Assembly: GCA_001949185.1 (NCBI GenBank)
Contig: BDGG01000002.1
Coordinates: 8,913,990 to 8,977,989, forward strand
Direction of reading: 5' to 3'
Length of the DNA stretch: 64,000 nt
Source: Ramazzottius varieornatus
Lineage: Eukaryota; Animalia; Tardigrada
Shown: positions 1 to 14,700 of the stretch, piece after piece
How the letters are laid out: the number at the start of each line of letters is the position of its first letter
How positions within the stretch are numbered: position 1 is the stretch's first letter
The notes under the pieces: model-generated
Told to the model about the DNA's origin: nothing
The model's database searches: none
Seen by the model: the letters and a program-made list of their open reading frames with translations, nothing else
Translations under genes and position numbers: made by a program

Positions 1-2051
1 ACCATAGTGCTTTCGCTAGACAAAGGCCCAAGAAAGGACATATATTTGGAGGGCCACACGTACGGATGTTATGGACTAATGTTGAGAGTAATATGCGGTA
101 TTTGATGTGGCATTTGGGCTTGCTTGTGCTTAGTGTATGCGTGTTAAAGAGGAGAAGTGAACGGAAGGAAGTTTGGCGGCATACTTGGCAGCTCCCCCCT
201 CCCCCGCCAGCAGACTACTTTGCACTTCTACTTATGATGCAAACGCTTTTTCAGTTGGGGTTTCCACTGCTTTGTAATACCCATGCAACCTGGCCAGCCA
301 CTGCAGCAGCTCGTGTTGCGCGCTGCTGACTGCGGCCATGCATCTAAACTGAAGTCCATAAGTAACTGTCAAATGTCCTGGATGAGCGCATGCGGCTTGC
401 AATTACTTAAGGCACTTCCGCTTCCAAGAAAGACAAGTCCGGCCCTTTCCACAATCCATCTCAAGCTCGCGCCCAACATCCAAGACAGACACAGAGACAA
501 AGTTGGCAACAGCAGCGACATCAACTTCCTACACTGCACTTTATTCCAGCCTCTCAGATGATAAAAAGCCTGTAAAAGCGGCAAAGAGCGAACTGCCTTG
601 TTGAGAATTTGAGGCCGGATTTGAATATGCGGAGACTATTTCTGCCAAGAGCCCTTCCCAGCTGGAAGGTTGGCCTGGGTTGTGGAATCCTTGTGGGAGA
701 CGTTGGCTGGGTGGTGGCCTGGTAGGAAGGCTGCAAATTGTTACGATCATTGTCGTTAGGAAATCCATTACAGCCAAGTGTGATTATGGTTGAGCAAGTT
801 GAGCTACGGGCCAGCTTGAGTGGAAGCAAGCACCACAGTTGAGTCAGTTAGATGGCTATCCTTGGGCCAACACCCACAATCCGGGATCAAGTGGAGTGTT
901 TAATTACATCACAAGTCAGCCTGCCCCAAAGTCTCCCCACTCCCCACTCTTGAGACGCTTAGCTTCTGCTCCGTCCACAATCAGACTGATTGCGTAATCT
1001 TACTCTCCACCCCGGCTCTGTTTCAGCTTTGTTGACAACAAACACAACTAACACCACAAAATCATTTACAGTCGACAAACGGAGATCACTGCGTTTGGCA
1101 GAAAAGTGACCTTTGCATCCCAGGGACTGCGGTCAGCCGTCAAGGTCACTGGTATATAAAAGTGACATTAATATTCTATGCAAACACATTGGCTCAGTTG
1201 ACATGGTCCATAAGCGATGACGATCTCTTACTGTGTCTACTTCTTTTGCATAAGACCATCGTCAACTTTTAGCACAAGACGTAATAGTCCCCGCGGACCT
1301 ATGTACTCTGCTCCCTGATGGGCAAACTTTGCCTTGAGGTAGTCTTATTGAGTGCCGTCGTATATGTTGAGACTACTTCACATAAAGGCAGCTTGCGCTC
1401 TTTGAATCACTCCTAAGCGTGGAGTAAAAAATGTGATGGCTGTCGGAGAGCAGCTCAACGGACTTTGGCAAGAAAAGACAGTGCGGCCTTCGTTGCCGAT
1501 GCGTGCATGGCCGAAAGTAATGAGCTTGTGGGTAAATATGTGGACTGCTCTGTATGGGCGGCGCATGGCAAGCAAACAATGTAACGTAGCAATTGCCCAG
1601 GCATTTGACATGCTATAAGTAGAACTTGTCGGAAATCTAGTGTTAACGGCTTGTGGCAGGATAAAGTGGCGAGTGATGGCAGCCTGCACAAACATGGACC
1701 CCACGTTATACAAGATGACAGTGCCCTGTCTGTCGCAGCAATTAGCCTTCCATATTTGCCTTGACGTTTCGAAGATACCGGGTTACACGGGCACAAATGC
1801 CAAGGCGGCGCAAGGTCGCCAAGGTCGATCATGCCTAACGCCATTAACATCGCTCTGCCTGACAATTAGTCGACTGGTCGGACTCTTGGCAGTAGGGACA
1901 AAGGCACATTCATAAGCAGATTCAGAGAAAGAAGATACCCACCGCGGGAAAATCCCAGCAGTGTATTTGACCAAGTTCGGGCTGCGCCCTGCACGGCCAT
2001 GTTCCGACTACCATATGGACATTGAAGCAACTCCGTCTTTTATGATTGCAG

Positions 2052-5000
2052 GCTGATTGCAGTGACCTTTCCTCTGCGCTCCGCCGCCACCCGCAACTTG
2101 ACCTTTGTCCTTCTAATGATCATGGCTTGTTGGGTGGGTTCAGCTCAAATATACTGGGCATGTATGGAGCGCGCTGATGGTCAAACTCAAGACTTGTTCT
2201 TGCAGGTGGTTAGTGGGCTCATCAGTATTCCGCCACTGATCGGCTGGAATGACATGTCCGACGAAGCCAACCAATGTGGCTACGTCAGTGAAAAAGGCTA
2301 CATTATCTACAGTTCCCTTGGTATGACACAGGTCATAAGATGCTGCTGTTGGCTACAGAACAATGGTCCAGCATCTGCTGCATTTTTTTCAGGCTCTTTC
2401 TACATCCCTTTGTGCATCTTGGTCTCCGTCTACTTGACCATCTTCATATCAGCTCGACGGCGGCTTCGGCGACGAGCCATGGGCAACAACCCCTACACCA
2501 CTGCCTCCACCATTGTCCTACCGACAGGTCAGCCTCCAAATTATTGATATACGCACAACCACAACTACTCGACAATATATATCTCTGTTTTTAAAAAATA
2601 GACGTTTTATGAACTATGACCTGACAGGCCAAGCCAAGCCAAGCCAAGAATAAACTAAGGCCTTGAGGTGAGGGAGGGTCGTCTCTCCAGGTCAAAGCCA
2701 TCCACTTGCTCTACACCTCCCCAACGTTGGATATGAGTACTTAGTCCGCATGCATCTTTCTTTCCTTGAAAGAAGCTTTCTGTCATGAGTAAGTCATCAC
2801 AAATGACGCAACATAACACAAGGAGAATTTCCCGGCCCTTCTTCCATGCAGGACAAGAGGCAGTTGCAGCTGCATTCATACACCTGTCCCGTTCTTCTAA
2901 CATTGGGGCAATGCAGGATCGTGAGCTGAAAGCTGTGCAGAGTCCAGATAGGTAGACAGGTGCAGTCACATCCGCTTAGGCCGCTCATCCAACATGTACG
3001 GCCTAGCTAAGACCTCTTGCATGACAGCCCAACCACACTTTGTGCAGCTTCCATAAATATGGAGCTTTTGTCCTTGATCCGAAAAACAAGTAGGCTTGGT
3101 GCGGGCAATAAATGTAGTGAAGGCAATCAATTTCAGGCAATGGTGAATTTTCACTATAATTCACCGAATTTTGACCGAAGTTTCACCATAATTACCCCAA
3201 GTTTCCTGATGCCATGATTGCCATCTTACGGTATCACCGGTTATAGCTCTCATAGTACGTTGTCCCTGACCTGTCCCTGGCTCCTGTAAGCTCGATACAG
3301 CAGCGGACGACTTGGATATGAGAAGCGGAACCGGGACTGGCTTAGGAAAGAACTACAGTGGCAGCTCGTTCTGAAGAGCTCCTTTCTAACTATCCCTCTC
3401 CGCGTATCTGGTGATTCGCTTTACGCAACACTATGAAACTGGATTTGACATACAAAGTACGGTTGGCGCTTTCACAAGCATGCTACAAGGGGCTCTTCAT
3501 AGCGTCCGCCTACTCGCGTTTCTTCGACCCTGACAAAACACTAGCTCTGAAGTGCCTGCCCTAAGTCCGTTGCACAAGGGCATATGAAGTATGGCTGAGG
3601 AAGAAGTTGTCTGTATTGCAGTGGAGATGGCTTCGATGGATAGTCCGGACCGGCTGTCGGATACTGCACAAAGTAGCAACACGACATACACGGCCACCAG
3701 CCCGGGGCACACTTCCCTCCGTTCCCACCAGCTCATCAGCCATGAAGTCAGCTCCAACATGCAGCACCGCTGCCACTGCCGAAGAGTGTGGCTGCCCATC
3801 AGCTTCTTCCCTAAAGAACCTGCCCCGCCACAGCGGGCTTCCCGTCCCGGCCTCTTACGAGGCTGGTCCTGGCCTTGGTTGGCGCGACAGCGACGCTGTT
3901 CCTTGTGCCAAGGCCTGAAGAAGGCCAACACCTCCGTCACCAGCAGCTTCCACGTCGTCCACGAAGACGACCTGTCCCACAACAATGTGGGATCGCCCAT
4001 CGTCGACCTGACCAGTAGCAGCAGCCTCAGTCTAGCGCCACCACTCCACCCGCCCTCCTCCCTCCTTCTTCCTCACCATTGCTCTTACTCCCACCCCGAC
4101 GGTACCGTACCCTTGCTGGATATCCGCCTTACCAGTAGCTCCAACAGTTTGGAACAACAGTGCGAAACGTCCTTGAATTACGGAGCCACCAGTGCCACGA
4201 CAGAGAGCAAGAGCGTCAAAAAGTACCTCTTTGTGCCCAAGACAGGCCGTTCCAGCTCCTCTCGTCGTCAGCTGGACGACTGCCGCAAACTACGCACTGC
4301 CCCCGCCAACCACAAGACGGCTTCCTTCTTCTACCGCTGTTATTGTTGTTGCACGTGGTGGCCCACCCACGGTTACTCCCTGGGTCGACCGTCTCCTGCC
4401 GGCAAAAAGAGCACTTCCGCCCTGCCTGCCAGCTCGGCTAATGGCTCTCACCTGTCGCCAGGCGAGTCGGCAGTCAAGCTCAGCCAGAGCCAAAACTCTT
4501 TCGACGTCAAGCGTAAGGACACTCTCCACTTCCCCTTGTGCTCTTTCCCCACAAACTCAGTCAAAATTTTCTGGCAGCAATTTTCAAGTGGTTAGTCTAT
4601 GTGACAGGAGGGCTTTTCTTTTTCCAGAGAGCTTGGCCAAGCGGCAAAAGATATCCTTGACCAAGGAGCGACGAGCCGCCCGCACCCTACTGATTGTGGT
4701 GCTGGTCTTCGTTATTTGTTGGCTGCCTTTCTTCGTCTGGGTAAGAATTTGTCAGATATTGATCATTTGTGCGGCAGGAGCGTTACATCTTCAAAGCCTT
4801 ATTTGTGGTTTCAGTATGTGGTTAAACCATTCTGTCCAGACTGCCCTATGGACGAGAGGTCGTACAACTTTATTTTATGGCTGGGCTTCCTAAACAGGTT
4901 TGTGTTAGTCTATGGCACAGCGCGCTGAAGGGGTACAAGTGGCTGGCGCTGGCCTGAAGCCTTTCTTCCCTTTTTCAGCTCCTTGAATCCTGTCATCTAC

Positions 5001-5066
5001 ACCATCTTCAACCTGGACTTTCGCAAAGCCTTCAAGAAGATGCTGACCGGAAAAAGATCGCGCTAA
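2052..5066 (+). CDS. Biogenic amine GPCR, type-1 tyramine receptor-like (end of TM3 to C-terminus; 5' exons not found, probably upstream of window)
   Basis: Exons ~2052-2133, 2206-2320, 2393-2527, 3622-4512, 4628-4740, 4815-4897, 4979-5066 join with consistent phases. Motifs ISIPPLIGWND, GYIIYSSLGSFYIP, ARRRLRRRA, QKISLTKERRAARTL, CWLPFF, KPFCPDC, LNPVIYTIFNLDFRKAFKK match invertebrate tyramine/octopamine receptors. Long Ser-rich third intracellular loop. Confidence 0.88.
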
Positions 5067-5743
5067 ACCTTTCAAGGAGTTTTGAAGCAAGTCTAACACT
5101 GGGATGTCTGCAAGGCCCAGGCCCTTTTGAGCTGGATTTCTACTGCAAAGTCTCTGTGATAGAGTTTAGTGGAAACGTCCAGACCCTCCCTACGTGCAAT
5201 GGGCTTCTCTGTCGCTCTGAGGCACTCGCATGTCCTCCTCAAGCTCCATCCCCATACTTGTTACAAGAAAGCAGCGCTGGGTGCCAGTGGTAATGGGTGG
5301 TGCTGGCCAAGAAGGAAGCTGCACAATGACTATCATGATCGAAGTACTGTAGCAAGTACCACATGCTAACGGATACTTTTGCCCCGTCTTCGTCTGCTTG
5401 ATCGACCAATTAGCAGTAACATCAAGTAGCCGCAATTTCGATATGGTCACCAATGCATCAAAGGAGGTCTTGTTGGCTTGCCACCGTCCTTATCCTTTCC
5501 AGACAAGAGACGGAGCATTAAGTGTAAACAGCGTCATTAAAAGTTAACAGCATCCCTGCCCATATATGACAGTCGACCGCACTATAGTACAGTGCCAAGC
5601 GCCATCTTCCAACTGTGCCCAGACAAGAAAAGATTGTTTGGCGAAAGACTAGTTGCTAGCGGTTTTGAAAGGACCTATATGAAACTGATGAAACGAGTGT
5701 AGAGGGTGACTTACAGAGCTGAAGTTGTGTTGAGCAATAGGGG

Positions 5744-8700
5744 TCAGCTTTTGGGGTGGGCAGCTTGCCAGAGAGCGGTGACTTTAGTGCAGAACCAGGC
5801 CCCGGCATCGCGGTCCTCGATAAAGACGCGCTTGCTCTTCTTGACCTTGCCGCTGAAAAGTCCTCGATCACTGTCGCTGTCTTCAATGTACAGACACAGT
5901 CCCTTCTCGTCCAGCTTGGGCCCTTCCGGCATTTGATCTACATGACAAGAAGCAGCATTTAATGTCCATGACAGTTGGGCCTTTCGTAGTAGTGGTTTAG
6001 GAAGGAAGGACCAACCGGTGGGGAAGACCCATTCGACGTTCCAGTCATGGACAAAGTCTCCCTTCTCCAGGCAGAAGACGCGTCGATTGGTCAACAAGAG
6101 GATGTAGCGCCGATCGCGCGACGTCACCAAATGCGTGATATACTCATCCGTCTTGGTGTAATCACCATTCTTCAGCCGGCGGAAAATTAAGCCGCCATCG
6201 GCTTGATGCTGATTGTAGGGTCGCAGGACACCGTCGGAGGCAATGAAGCGCGGTGTCCGTAGCCACTGTATGGTACTGTCGCCTTTGACGGTCCGTTCTA
6301 GCGTGCTGAGGGAGCCACTCAACGTGTCGACAATACCCGTCGCCGGTCGCGCAATCAAGCCCACCAGCCCTACAAAACACAAGGTCAGACAAGGAAGAGG
6401 CCAGCCCACAAACGGTGCCGATCAGCCCTACCTTTGCCCACACCCTTGAAGAAGCCCTCGACGCCTTCCTCCTTGGCTCCTTCCATCGGTCTGCAAGAGA
6501 GCAAGATATGGTAGTAGTCAATACAAGTCAAGGCAGCACATCTCCTGACATATGCCCCGTACCTGCGCACGACGCCGGTGATGCCGCCGACAAAGCCCGA
6601 GAGGAGATGATTGCCGCTGGCCATCATTCCTGTAGCAAAGTCCCCTCCACTACGATTTAACTCGGCCTGCCGTTGTTGCTGGTAATCCTGGTCAAAGCTG
6701 AGAGCTGCCATGGCTTTGCCCAGTGTTCCCGTCACGCGGCTGACTGCAAGATGACAGTAAAGGTTAAGATGACGAGACAGTCACTGCTTAGGGGGTCCTC
6801 CTACCTGCCCCCACCGTTCCACCGACGGTGCCGCCCAAAAAGTTTTTGATGCCTGAGCTGAGGCCCGTCATGAATTCCTCGGGACCTTCCACCAGGCCCA
6901 TGTAAGGCTCATAGAAGAGATCCTTTACCCCATCGGTGATACCTGCAGTGACAGTATATAGCCTCAGACAAAAAAAGGTACTGCCCAGCCACATTCTGAC
7001 CTGCTGCTACTGACCTCGAACCAAACCAAAGGGGTTGCCCAGAATTTCCAAGCCAAAGACAAGCATGTACAGCTGCTTGACCACTTGTGTCCAATAGTGG
7101 TTATAGGCGTCAGACACCAGCTGCTTTTGCGACAGGAAGCGATAGTCTCGTTGGAAGGTCCCGAGTTTGAAGACAACATCGTTGGCTTCCGTTATGGTCA
7201 CCCTGAAACACGCAAACACAATAACATCCGTGTGCGATACAGGATAAAGTCTGTCAAGGCCAGAGTCTCCCTCACCCGATGCTTTTGATAAAGAGGGTGA
7301 TAAAGTCTGCCGGTGAGGCAGCAGCAGGTGCTCGCTTGTCCTGTTGACTGCTGGCGTTGAGGGAGAAGCTGAGGTGAATCTTGATGGGTTGTAGCAGCAG
7401 GCGCTCATAATAGGCTTGCCGTTCTTCGCCCAGGCCACGAGCCACCGTCTCTTGCAGCGATCGTTCCACTTCCTGCAGATCATTCAGGCGGAAACTGTCC
7501 AGCACTTTACTGCGCTCTTGGCCGCTGCTACCCTCCGTCCCAAACATCTGCAGCATATTGTTGATGAAGGACTGGTCCACCAGCAGCTGAAACTCTGCAA
7601 TAGCCAAAGGACAATGTGGGCTGTGTACGGCAAGTTGCTCAAAAGGACAGGACGGCTAACCTTGAATGAGGAAAGAGATGAGCTTGTACTGGACGATGGC
7701 AGAATTCTGGGCATTGCGGATGACGACACTGCCTTCGGCAAAAGGCTTGTACTCACTGCTGCTGGGAAGAGGCACTGGGAAGAGCACCACCTGGTAGCGA
7801 GTTCCTACAAAGACGCAAAAGAGACGTTACAAGGACATCTTGCAAGTCAAAGCAGTTTACAGCTTATTATAGTTACTGACCTAGAGTAGGGTTGTCAAGC
7901 TGCAGCCTGTGGAGCTTGAGATGAAACTGCGTGTGGTGGTCACTGGTCATCTGTGGCCAAGATGCTACTGTAGTACATGTAAGGGGGAGAGGACAGCTTG
8001 TACTCACCAGTCGACACCACATGCCCGGCTGATGAAGGCGTTGCACCTCGCGGACTTTGGGCTTGGTCATTAGCTTGGGACCTTCCGTGTCGAACGTCAC
8101 CTCCACATCGCCCACTGCAAGTCAGAGCATAGCTTGGACAGTCGAATGGGTAGGCTACAGAAAGGCTGGTGCTTCATACTGGTGATGATCTTGGAGAGGG
8201 CGGTTCGTCCTTTGTCGCTGTCTTTCAGACGAAGGTACTGTTGATAGGCTGCTTCCAGGCAGCGCGCGTCGTCGCCGCCCATGGCTTTGCCTTTGCGGCT
8301 ACTCTGACCAACCTTCCGTCCCATCCAGACTGGCCCGGGACTGACAAAGCCCAGGTACATGACTTCCTTCTTGGCCAGGTTGTCGACCAAACTACAACAA
8401 GACAATGAGACCATGAGAGCAGGTCAGGTCTTGTGACGGACAGCTTCTTTTCTACCTGAGGCCGATGGCGTCCAGCGTCAACTCCACCTCCAAGTTGGAC
8501 ATTTCATTCTCCAAGGATCGGCTGCACTGTTGGGCCACCGATTGGCGATCGGTAAAGAGCAGAACCCGTTGCAGCCCATCCAGAAAGCTGATCCAGTAGA
8601 TGGGCGACCCATCGGCCAAATAGGCCAGGCCGCCATCGTCGCGGTTCAGGTCCAGCGGCTTATTCACTTCCCCGCTCAGTGTCCAGACAAAGTGGCGCGT

Positions 8701-11700
8701 CACACTGGTGGGCACAGGCCAGGTGAAGAGCTGCGAATAGCCGGCCGGTAGGTCAGCCTTGGCCGTGCTGCTTTCCTCTTGGCCAAAGTGGACAGCGCAG
8801 CGCCGCGTGTCGTTAACCAGCAAAGCGCTGGCCGTCCCCGCCTTGTACGTGTTGAGGATGCAGGTGACATTGCTGTCGCTAATCTGCGTCTGGACATAGA
8901 TGCCACCGTACTGGTTGTCCAGGCGAAGTAGCAACGTCTGGAGGATGCTGTAGCTGAAGGGCGTGGTGCTTTCTGCCGTCCCTTTCACCTTCATCGTAAG
9001 TTCATCATCATCAGAGCTTTATTCCCTCTTTCGAAATTAAGCTCGGCCTTTTCGGCCACAAAAGTATTTGGCTATATAAACTCAGACAGCAAGGTTACCT
9101 TGACGGTGGCGTACTTGGAGAGGTATTGGGGCCAGAAGGGCAAGCTGCTCTTGGCCGGCAGCCGCACCTGTTGCGCCTCGGGGTGTTCTTCGCTGATGAG
9201 CAGATCAACCTACTCGTACCGTACCAGGTCAGCTCTCATCACAGATTATGGAGGGCAGTATGATAGCTTACGTCGGAAGTGTTGCTAAAGACGTAGTAGG
9301 GGGTAATGATGAGGAGACGAGAAAGGACGGTGGCGCTGGACTTGATGGTGATGCCAAACTCGTAGGCCAGCGAGCCATCAGGCCGATTACAGGGCAACAT
9401 GCCTGAATACAGCAGTACAGAGATGCAGTACAGAGATACAGTACAGTACAGTATAGTACAGTACAGTACAGTACAGTACAGTACAGTACAGTACAGTACA
9501 GTACAGTACAGTACAGTACACACAAGCAAATGACAAAGTCCTACCTGAGCTACCGACCGTGTCCAAGCTGACATACTTGGACCAGTCGCTACCGCTAGCC
9601 TTGACGGCAATGCGCTTCTTGCCGGTGATGGCTCTGCCGCCGAACATGATGGGCATCTGGGCCGTGGTGGTCGGTGCGGCCGGCTTCATCACCGGATCCT
9701 TGTAGGCCAACTCCAGTCCAGTCTTGTTCATGATCCATACCTACAGCACAGCCCAATAGCACACTGCAGTATAACCTGGCAAGACGTCGTCTTACGTACG
9801 TACCGGCGAGTAGATGGAGATAAAGTGTGTGCCCTCTTCCTTGACATGACGAATGCCCAGCGTCAGCGTTTCGCCGCCACAGTTCATAGTGACGGGCAGG
9901 ATTTCTTCCGTCAAGACGTTGAGGAGAAAGGCGCCAACCCAAGGCTTACTTCCGGGCCCCTGCAGACCCAGCAGGGCCAAGTTCATCTGCCCCTGTCCAC
10001 TCTTGGCGTTGCAGACTGAAGCGCTGCTGCCCGGCCTGAGCGTTACACCTTCTTCCATGGCATCTTCCATCTGGATGTACAGCGAGGCTGGAGGTGGCAG
10101 AAAGTTCAGGATAGAGTACAGTGGACTCAACGAAATCTGAAAGACAGTAAATAGCCACTTATGGCACTCTTCTTCCAGGGCAAGAAAAAGCAATGAATTG
10201 TACCTGGTAAAGTTTACTGTTGGGTGTGAAAGTATGGGTATTGCTGTAGCGAACATTGCTGCTCTTGCAAAAGACGCTAAAGTAAAAGGGGTCAAATCTG
10301 CCCGTCTGACTTTGGTCGACGGCACAGCGCATGGACTTTTGCTGTTGGGCCTGTGCGTCACCGGCCAGGGCGATCAAATGAGAGAGCGGAAGGGGCTCGC
10401 TGCTGCTTAGATGACCATACTCGGCCGGGCGCCACATTAAGGCCGCCACTTCGCTATTCTGCACAATGGCCATGGGCAGGTTGTACTTGTGGCCAGCCGG
10501 AACAGTAGCCAGTTCCAGTCCAGGCTGGCCGGGTATCTCTACGTACAGCGTCATGGCTGTCGGCAGCAAGTTTTGCACCTGCATCTGCGAGCGCAGCGTC
10601 ACCTGCTTATGACCCATCTCCGACTTGATGTCGACAATGAGACGATAGGGCTTGGACTGGTCCTTGACGTTCTCCAGCAGGTAAAAGCGCGACTCGGCTC
10701 GCGAGACGATGACATCGATCGACTTGGAGGCGTCGGTGCCGAAGCTGAGGCGAATGTTGGGGGGCAGTCGGCTGAGGTGCTCTTGACTGCGAATGACGGA
10801 GACGAACTTGAGGCGTTGATTGGTGGCCTCGGCCAAAAAGAGGTCGACACTGCTGCCCGCCGCCATTTGTAAAGTCTTTTCTGCCGTTTGAGCAAAGCGC
10901 AAGGTACCCGTCATGCTCAGCCTCAAGTCCAGCCCGGTGTCGTTGACAATGACGTAGGGCGCCGAGAAGGACACAACCTAGAGTACCACCAGCGTGACTT
11001 GGACTAGGCGGGAGGGAAATATGCCAGAGGTTAAAAAGGGTGGTCATTCCGTACCTTGATCTGTTCGGTCTGGGAGATGGCACTGGTGAAGGACTCGGCC
11101 ACTTTATTCAAGACATCCAACGTGGTCTTGGTCACTGTTACAACAGGAGAAATGGTCTTTAGATCTCTTTTGGTGACAGTCCTTCACAAGGAGACATAGT
11201 TAGGGATTATAATACCTGTTAGCTGAAGTGGGTCGGTGGAGGAGACGCTGACCGTCATTGCGGCTGTCCGCTTCAAGGCTTCAGTGGCCGCTTCCGAGCC
11301 GATAGAGGAGTGCATGGAGGAGGAGCGGGACATGGTGCTGGTCAGCGCTTCACTGTCCCGCCGCGACAGAGCAGTCCCAGCCACATGACCGGAAGCCATG
11401 CGGGCCAATTGTTGAATATGCTCGTCAGCTGTAAAGTTCTTGCGAGCTTCAATCTATAGATGGAAAGAGGCGTCATCATACGGCGCCAACAGGCTGCTAA
11501 CTATGGCTCAGTACTGACTGACCTGTGCTTGCCAGGATCGATAGGACTTGATCTCTTCCACCGGTTCCAGCAGCGGCTCCCAGACGTCCATATGCTCGTT
11601 GTAGTAGGTCATCTCCAGCTGCAGCATGCCGCTAGCACTGAGCTTGCGGCTAAAGTCATCGACCATCAAGTTGAACTTGAGCTCGGCCAAGACCATGGGT

Positions 11701-14700
11701 AGAGTCCGCTGGCCCACCGTCGACTCGAGGATGATGACCAGGCTGTCGCTGTCCAGGCTCAGTTGATCACCAGAGGATAGGACGTCATCGACCACCGTCT
11801 CGATGGCTTGCTCCACCATCAGGTCCAACATGTCGCTGCCCGATTCGTCCTTGAGGAACCACAGGTCTTGCTGGTCGACCGGCTGTAGCTGCCACAGCTG
11901 CGAATGGTCTTGGCCTTCATCCACCTGCAACTGGCCACTGCTACTGCCAGCCATACCGGCCAGGACGCCCATGATGGTTTGCACCGTCACGGGCGAGATG
12001 GTCAGCCGCACTGCGCCGATAGTGACGGCCACTCGCTGTTCTCTGCCATACGCTCGCTTGCTTTGCACCCCAATGTCCACCTATCGAACATAGTCAAAGG
12101 AATATCAGCCTTCTTTCAACAATGCTCATCATTTCCACTAATCGCAAACAATTATTGTAAGGCGCCGGGTTGATTGGGACTTTTCTCCCGCAAAGAGCCT
12201 GTCAACTATGTGCCCAAGTAACTTTGGGGGCACAAAACTAGATTGAATGTGTGTTGGGCTTACCGGCATGAGAATTTCCTTGAGCAAGTCGTGGCGATGA
12301 CTATAGATGGAGAGGAAGCACTGTAAGGCCAGACAGCTGAGAGCCATGACCGTTTCATCGGGCGTCACCGTCATCTTGAAGGTGGCTGCCGTCTTGAGGA
12401 CCAAGACACGCGAGTCGGCCACCGTCAGGTCTTCAATCAAGACAATTTCCGGCTCCTTCAGCACGACATTGACCTGCATGATGGCCACAGGCCGTGCTGC
12501 GGCCGGCGCTGACGCAGCGCTCGTCTCCAGCTTGGCATCGGCCACCTCCATCAGGCCGCTACGACGATTACCACCACTAACGGTGGATGCTACAACCAGA
12601 CAATAGGAGTTACGTCACAGGATTTACGTAATAGGAGTTACGGTTGGCTAGCATTGGGAAGCATGGTGGCTGCCCAACTATTCAAAGTTCTGATCAGCTG
12701 CTGCGCTTATGAGTGACGTTGCAACTCATCTTAGCTACAGTGGGACTTTCATCTGGCGGTGGCAACATAATATCAACCAAGAATACGGACTGTATAGATC
12801 TTGTGGAAAGGGCAACTGTGACGTACTAGTATCATTCGATGGTGGACTGATCGACGTTCCCACCTCGGAAATGTCAAAGGCCACCTTCTCCTCTGGCTGC
12901 GCCCCCGGTGCAATAAATTGCAGTAGACCCAGGTAGAAGCTCAAGGAGATGTTGGCCAGAATGTTGGCAATCTCAATGTCGATGGTCTGAAATTAAGGTT
13001 GGAAATGTCCGGACGACAGTAGTGCAGTATCAAGGCTGATTAATAGACAGTACGTACCTTATCGCCGTTGGCTTGTTGCTGCATCAGCATGTGGAACATT
13101 TTGCTAGAGAGCTGCTCTTGGGCTGCTGTGCTAGCCTTGCTGGCAGACAGGCTGCTCTTGCGCTCCAGCATTCGGTAGCATTGAGGCTGCTCAGCGCCAG
13201 CCGGCGAACGTAGGTCGTCCAAGGTGATATTGGCCAGTGTGGCCAACACTGTCATGGTATTATCACTAAACATCTGCGCTTGAGCTTCCATAGCCAGCAC
13301 TTGGGCACCACACAGCGGCTGTAGGTTCTTGGAGGCGACTGTGCTCTCGCTGGCTCGAATGTCGGGTAATGGCGCCAAGTACAGCCTAGCCGAAATGTCA
13401 CCGATGGAAAAGTCCACCTTGATGTTGACCACTCTCTGCAGAGGAGCAAATTATATGTCATTGGAGAAGTGACATGATGAGGCACGAGGACTTACGACAG
13501 GAGGAGCGGGCTGGGGTTTCCTCTGCAGGGCCGGTGAGCTGCTGCTGCCTTTGCTGGTACTGAGGTGTCGCGTGCGACTTTGGCTGTGCTCCAGGGTAGG
13601 AAGACGCAGCTGACTGCTGGGCGGCGGCGCCGACGATGGGCTACCACCGATGGGTAGCGTCACGATGGTCACGCTGGCCTCGCCAAAGTTGTCGGCTAGA
13701 ACGGCCATGATGACGGTATAGTCGGCACTGCATAGTCAAAAGCCACAGTTGAAAAGGCAGCTCTAGACTCCTATTGGCTGACTGCCTTACCTGCTCAGTT
13801 GCATTTGCAGCGACTTGAGACCACCGCTGATGGCCATGCTGGGCGCGTCGGCCAGTGCCATGCCACTGAGGTTGCGCAGCACCGTCATCTCCATGGCTTG
13901 CGGCTGGGACAGCAGGGCAAACTCCTTGAGGACTTGCTGGCCTTTACTGTTCATGACGATGCTGTAAGGGACAGCAAGCTTTAAAACCAGCCATCATCAG
14001 GACAAGGAAGCAAACCACTAACCGGCTCAGCTTGACGGCGGCAAAGTTAAGGAGGAGCTGGTCAATAGGCACCTGCTGGCCCGTGGTCGAGGTGGCAAAA
14101 TGGAAGCTGTTGCTGACGACCAGAGTACCCAAATCAACCAGCAAGGCGTTGGCACTGCGTGAATGTTGGGGCATGATGACGATGGGGGCGCGAATGGCCA
14201 CATTGAGCTTGATACGGAGCGCTTCCTGATAGGCATGCTGCACCGTCTGTTTGGCTGATTCGGCGGCGTTGGAGCTGACTTGCTTCAGCTTGGCCTGCGC
14301 CGACTCGAAGCCGGCAAAGAAGCTGGAAATCTCCGTCACAAACTTGTTGAGGAAGACGACTTCGACGGCGCCCAGGCTCAGTTGGACGTCCATGTCGCGC
14401 CCTTCAGCCTCCTCCTCCTTCTTCTTCTTGCACTGCTGGTAGGCAATGTAGTGCAAGGACAGCACTTCGTCACTGAGCGTGCGGACAATCTGCGGGTAGA
14501 GGTTGTCGCTGGACAGCGGGTAGTTGAGCTTGATGCGCTTCAGCTGGGCCTGCACCTCCATCTGTTGGTCGTTCATCCACATCTTGGCCGAGATATCCCG
14601 TAGAGCGACGTAGGCTAGTTCTTTGCGGCCTTGCATCAGTAACGACAGTGTCAGGTAGTGACATCGGGCCCGAATGTCCATATTGATAATACCTACAATG

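Noticed and set aside
1-2051. Short ORFs and a search for GPCR TM1-TM3 exons
   Set aside because: No TM1-3 motifs or recognisable protein found; treated as intron.
9239-9731. ORFs with CTVLY repeats resembling a Cys-rich protein
   Set aside because: Translation of the intronic (CAGTA)n microsatellite.
12589-12826. Possible poison exon or snoRNA in a longer VPS13 intron (CCGCCAG acceptor, small ATGAGT..ACTCAT hairpin, AATAGGAGTTACG twice)
   Set aside because: No convincing donor or canonical boxes; the flanking exons join directly in phase.
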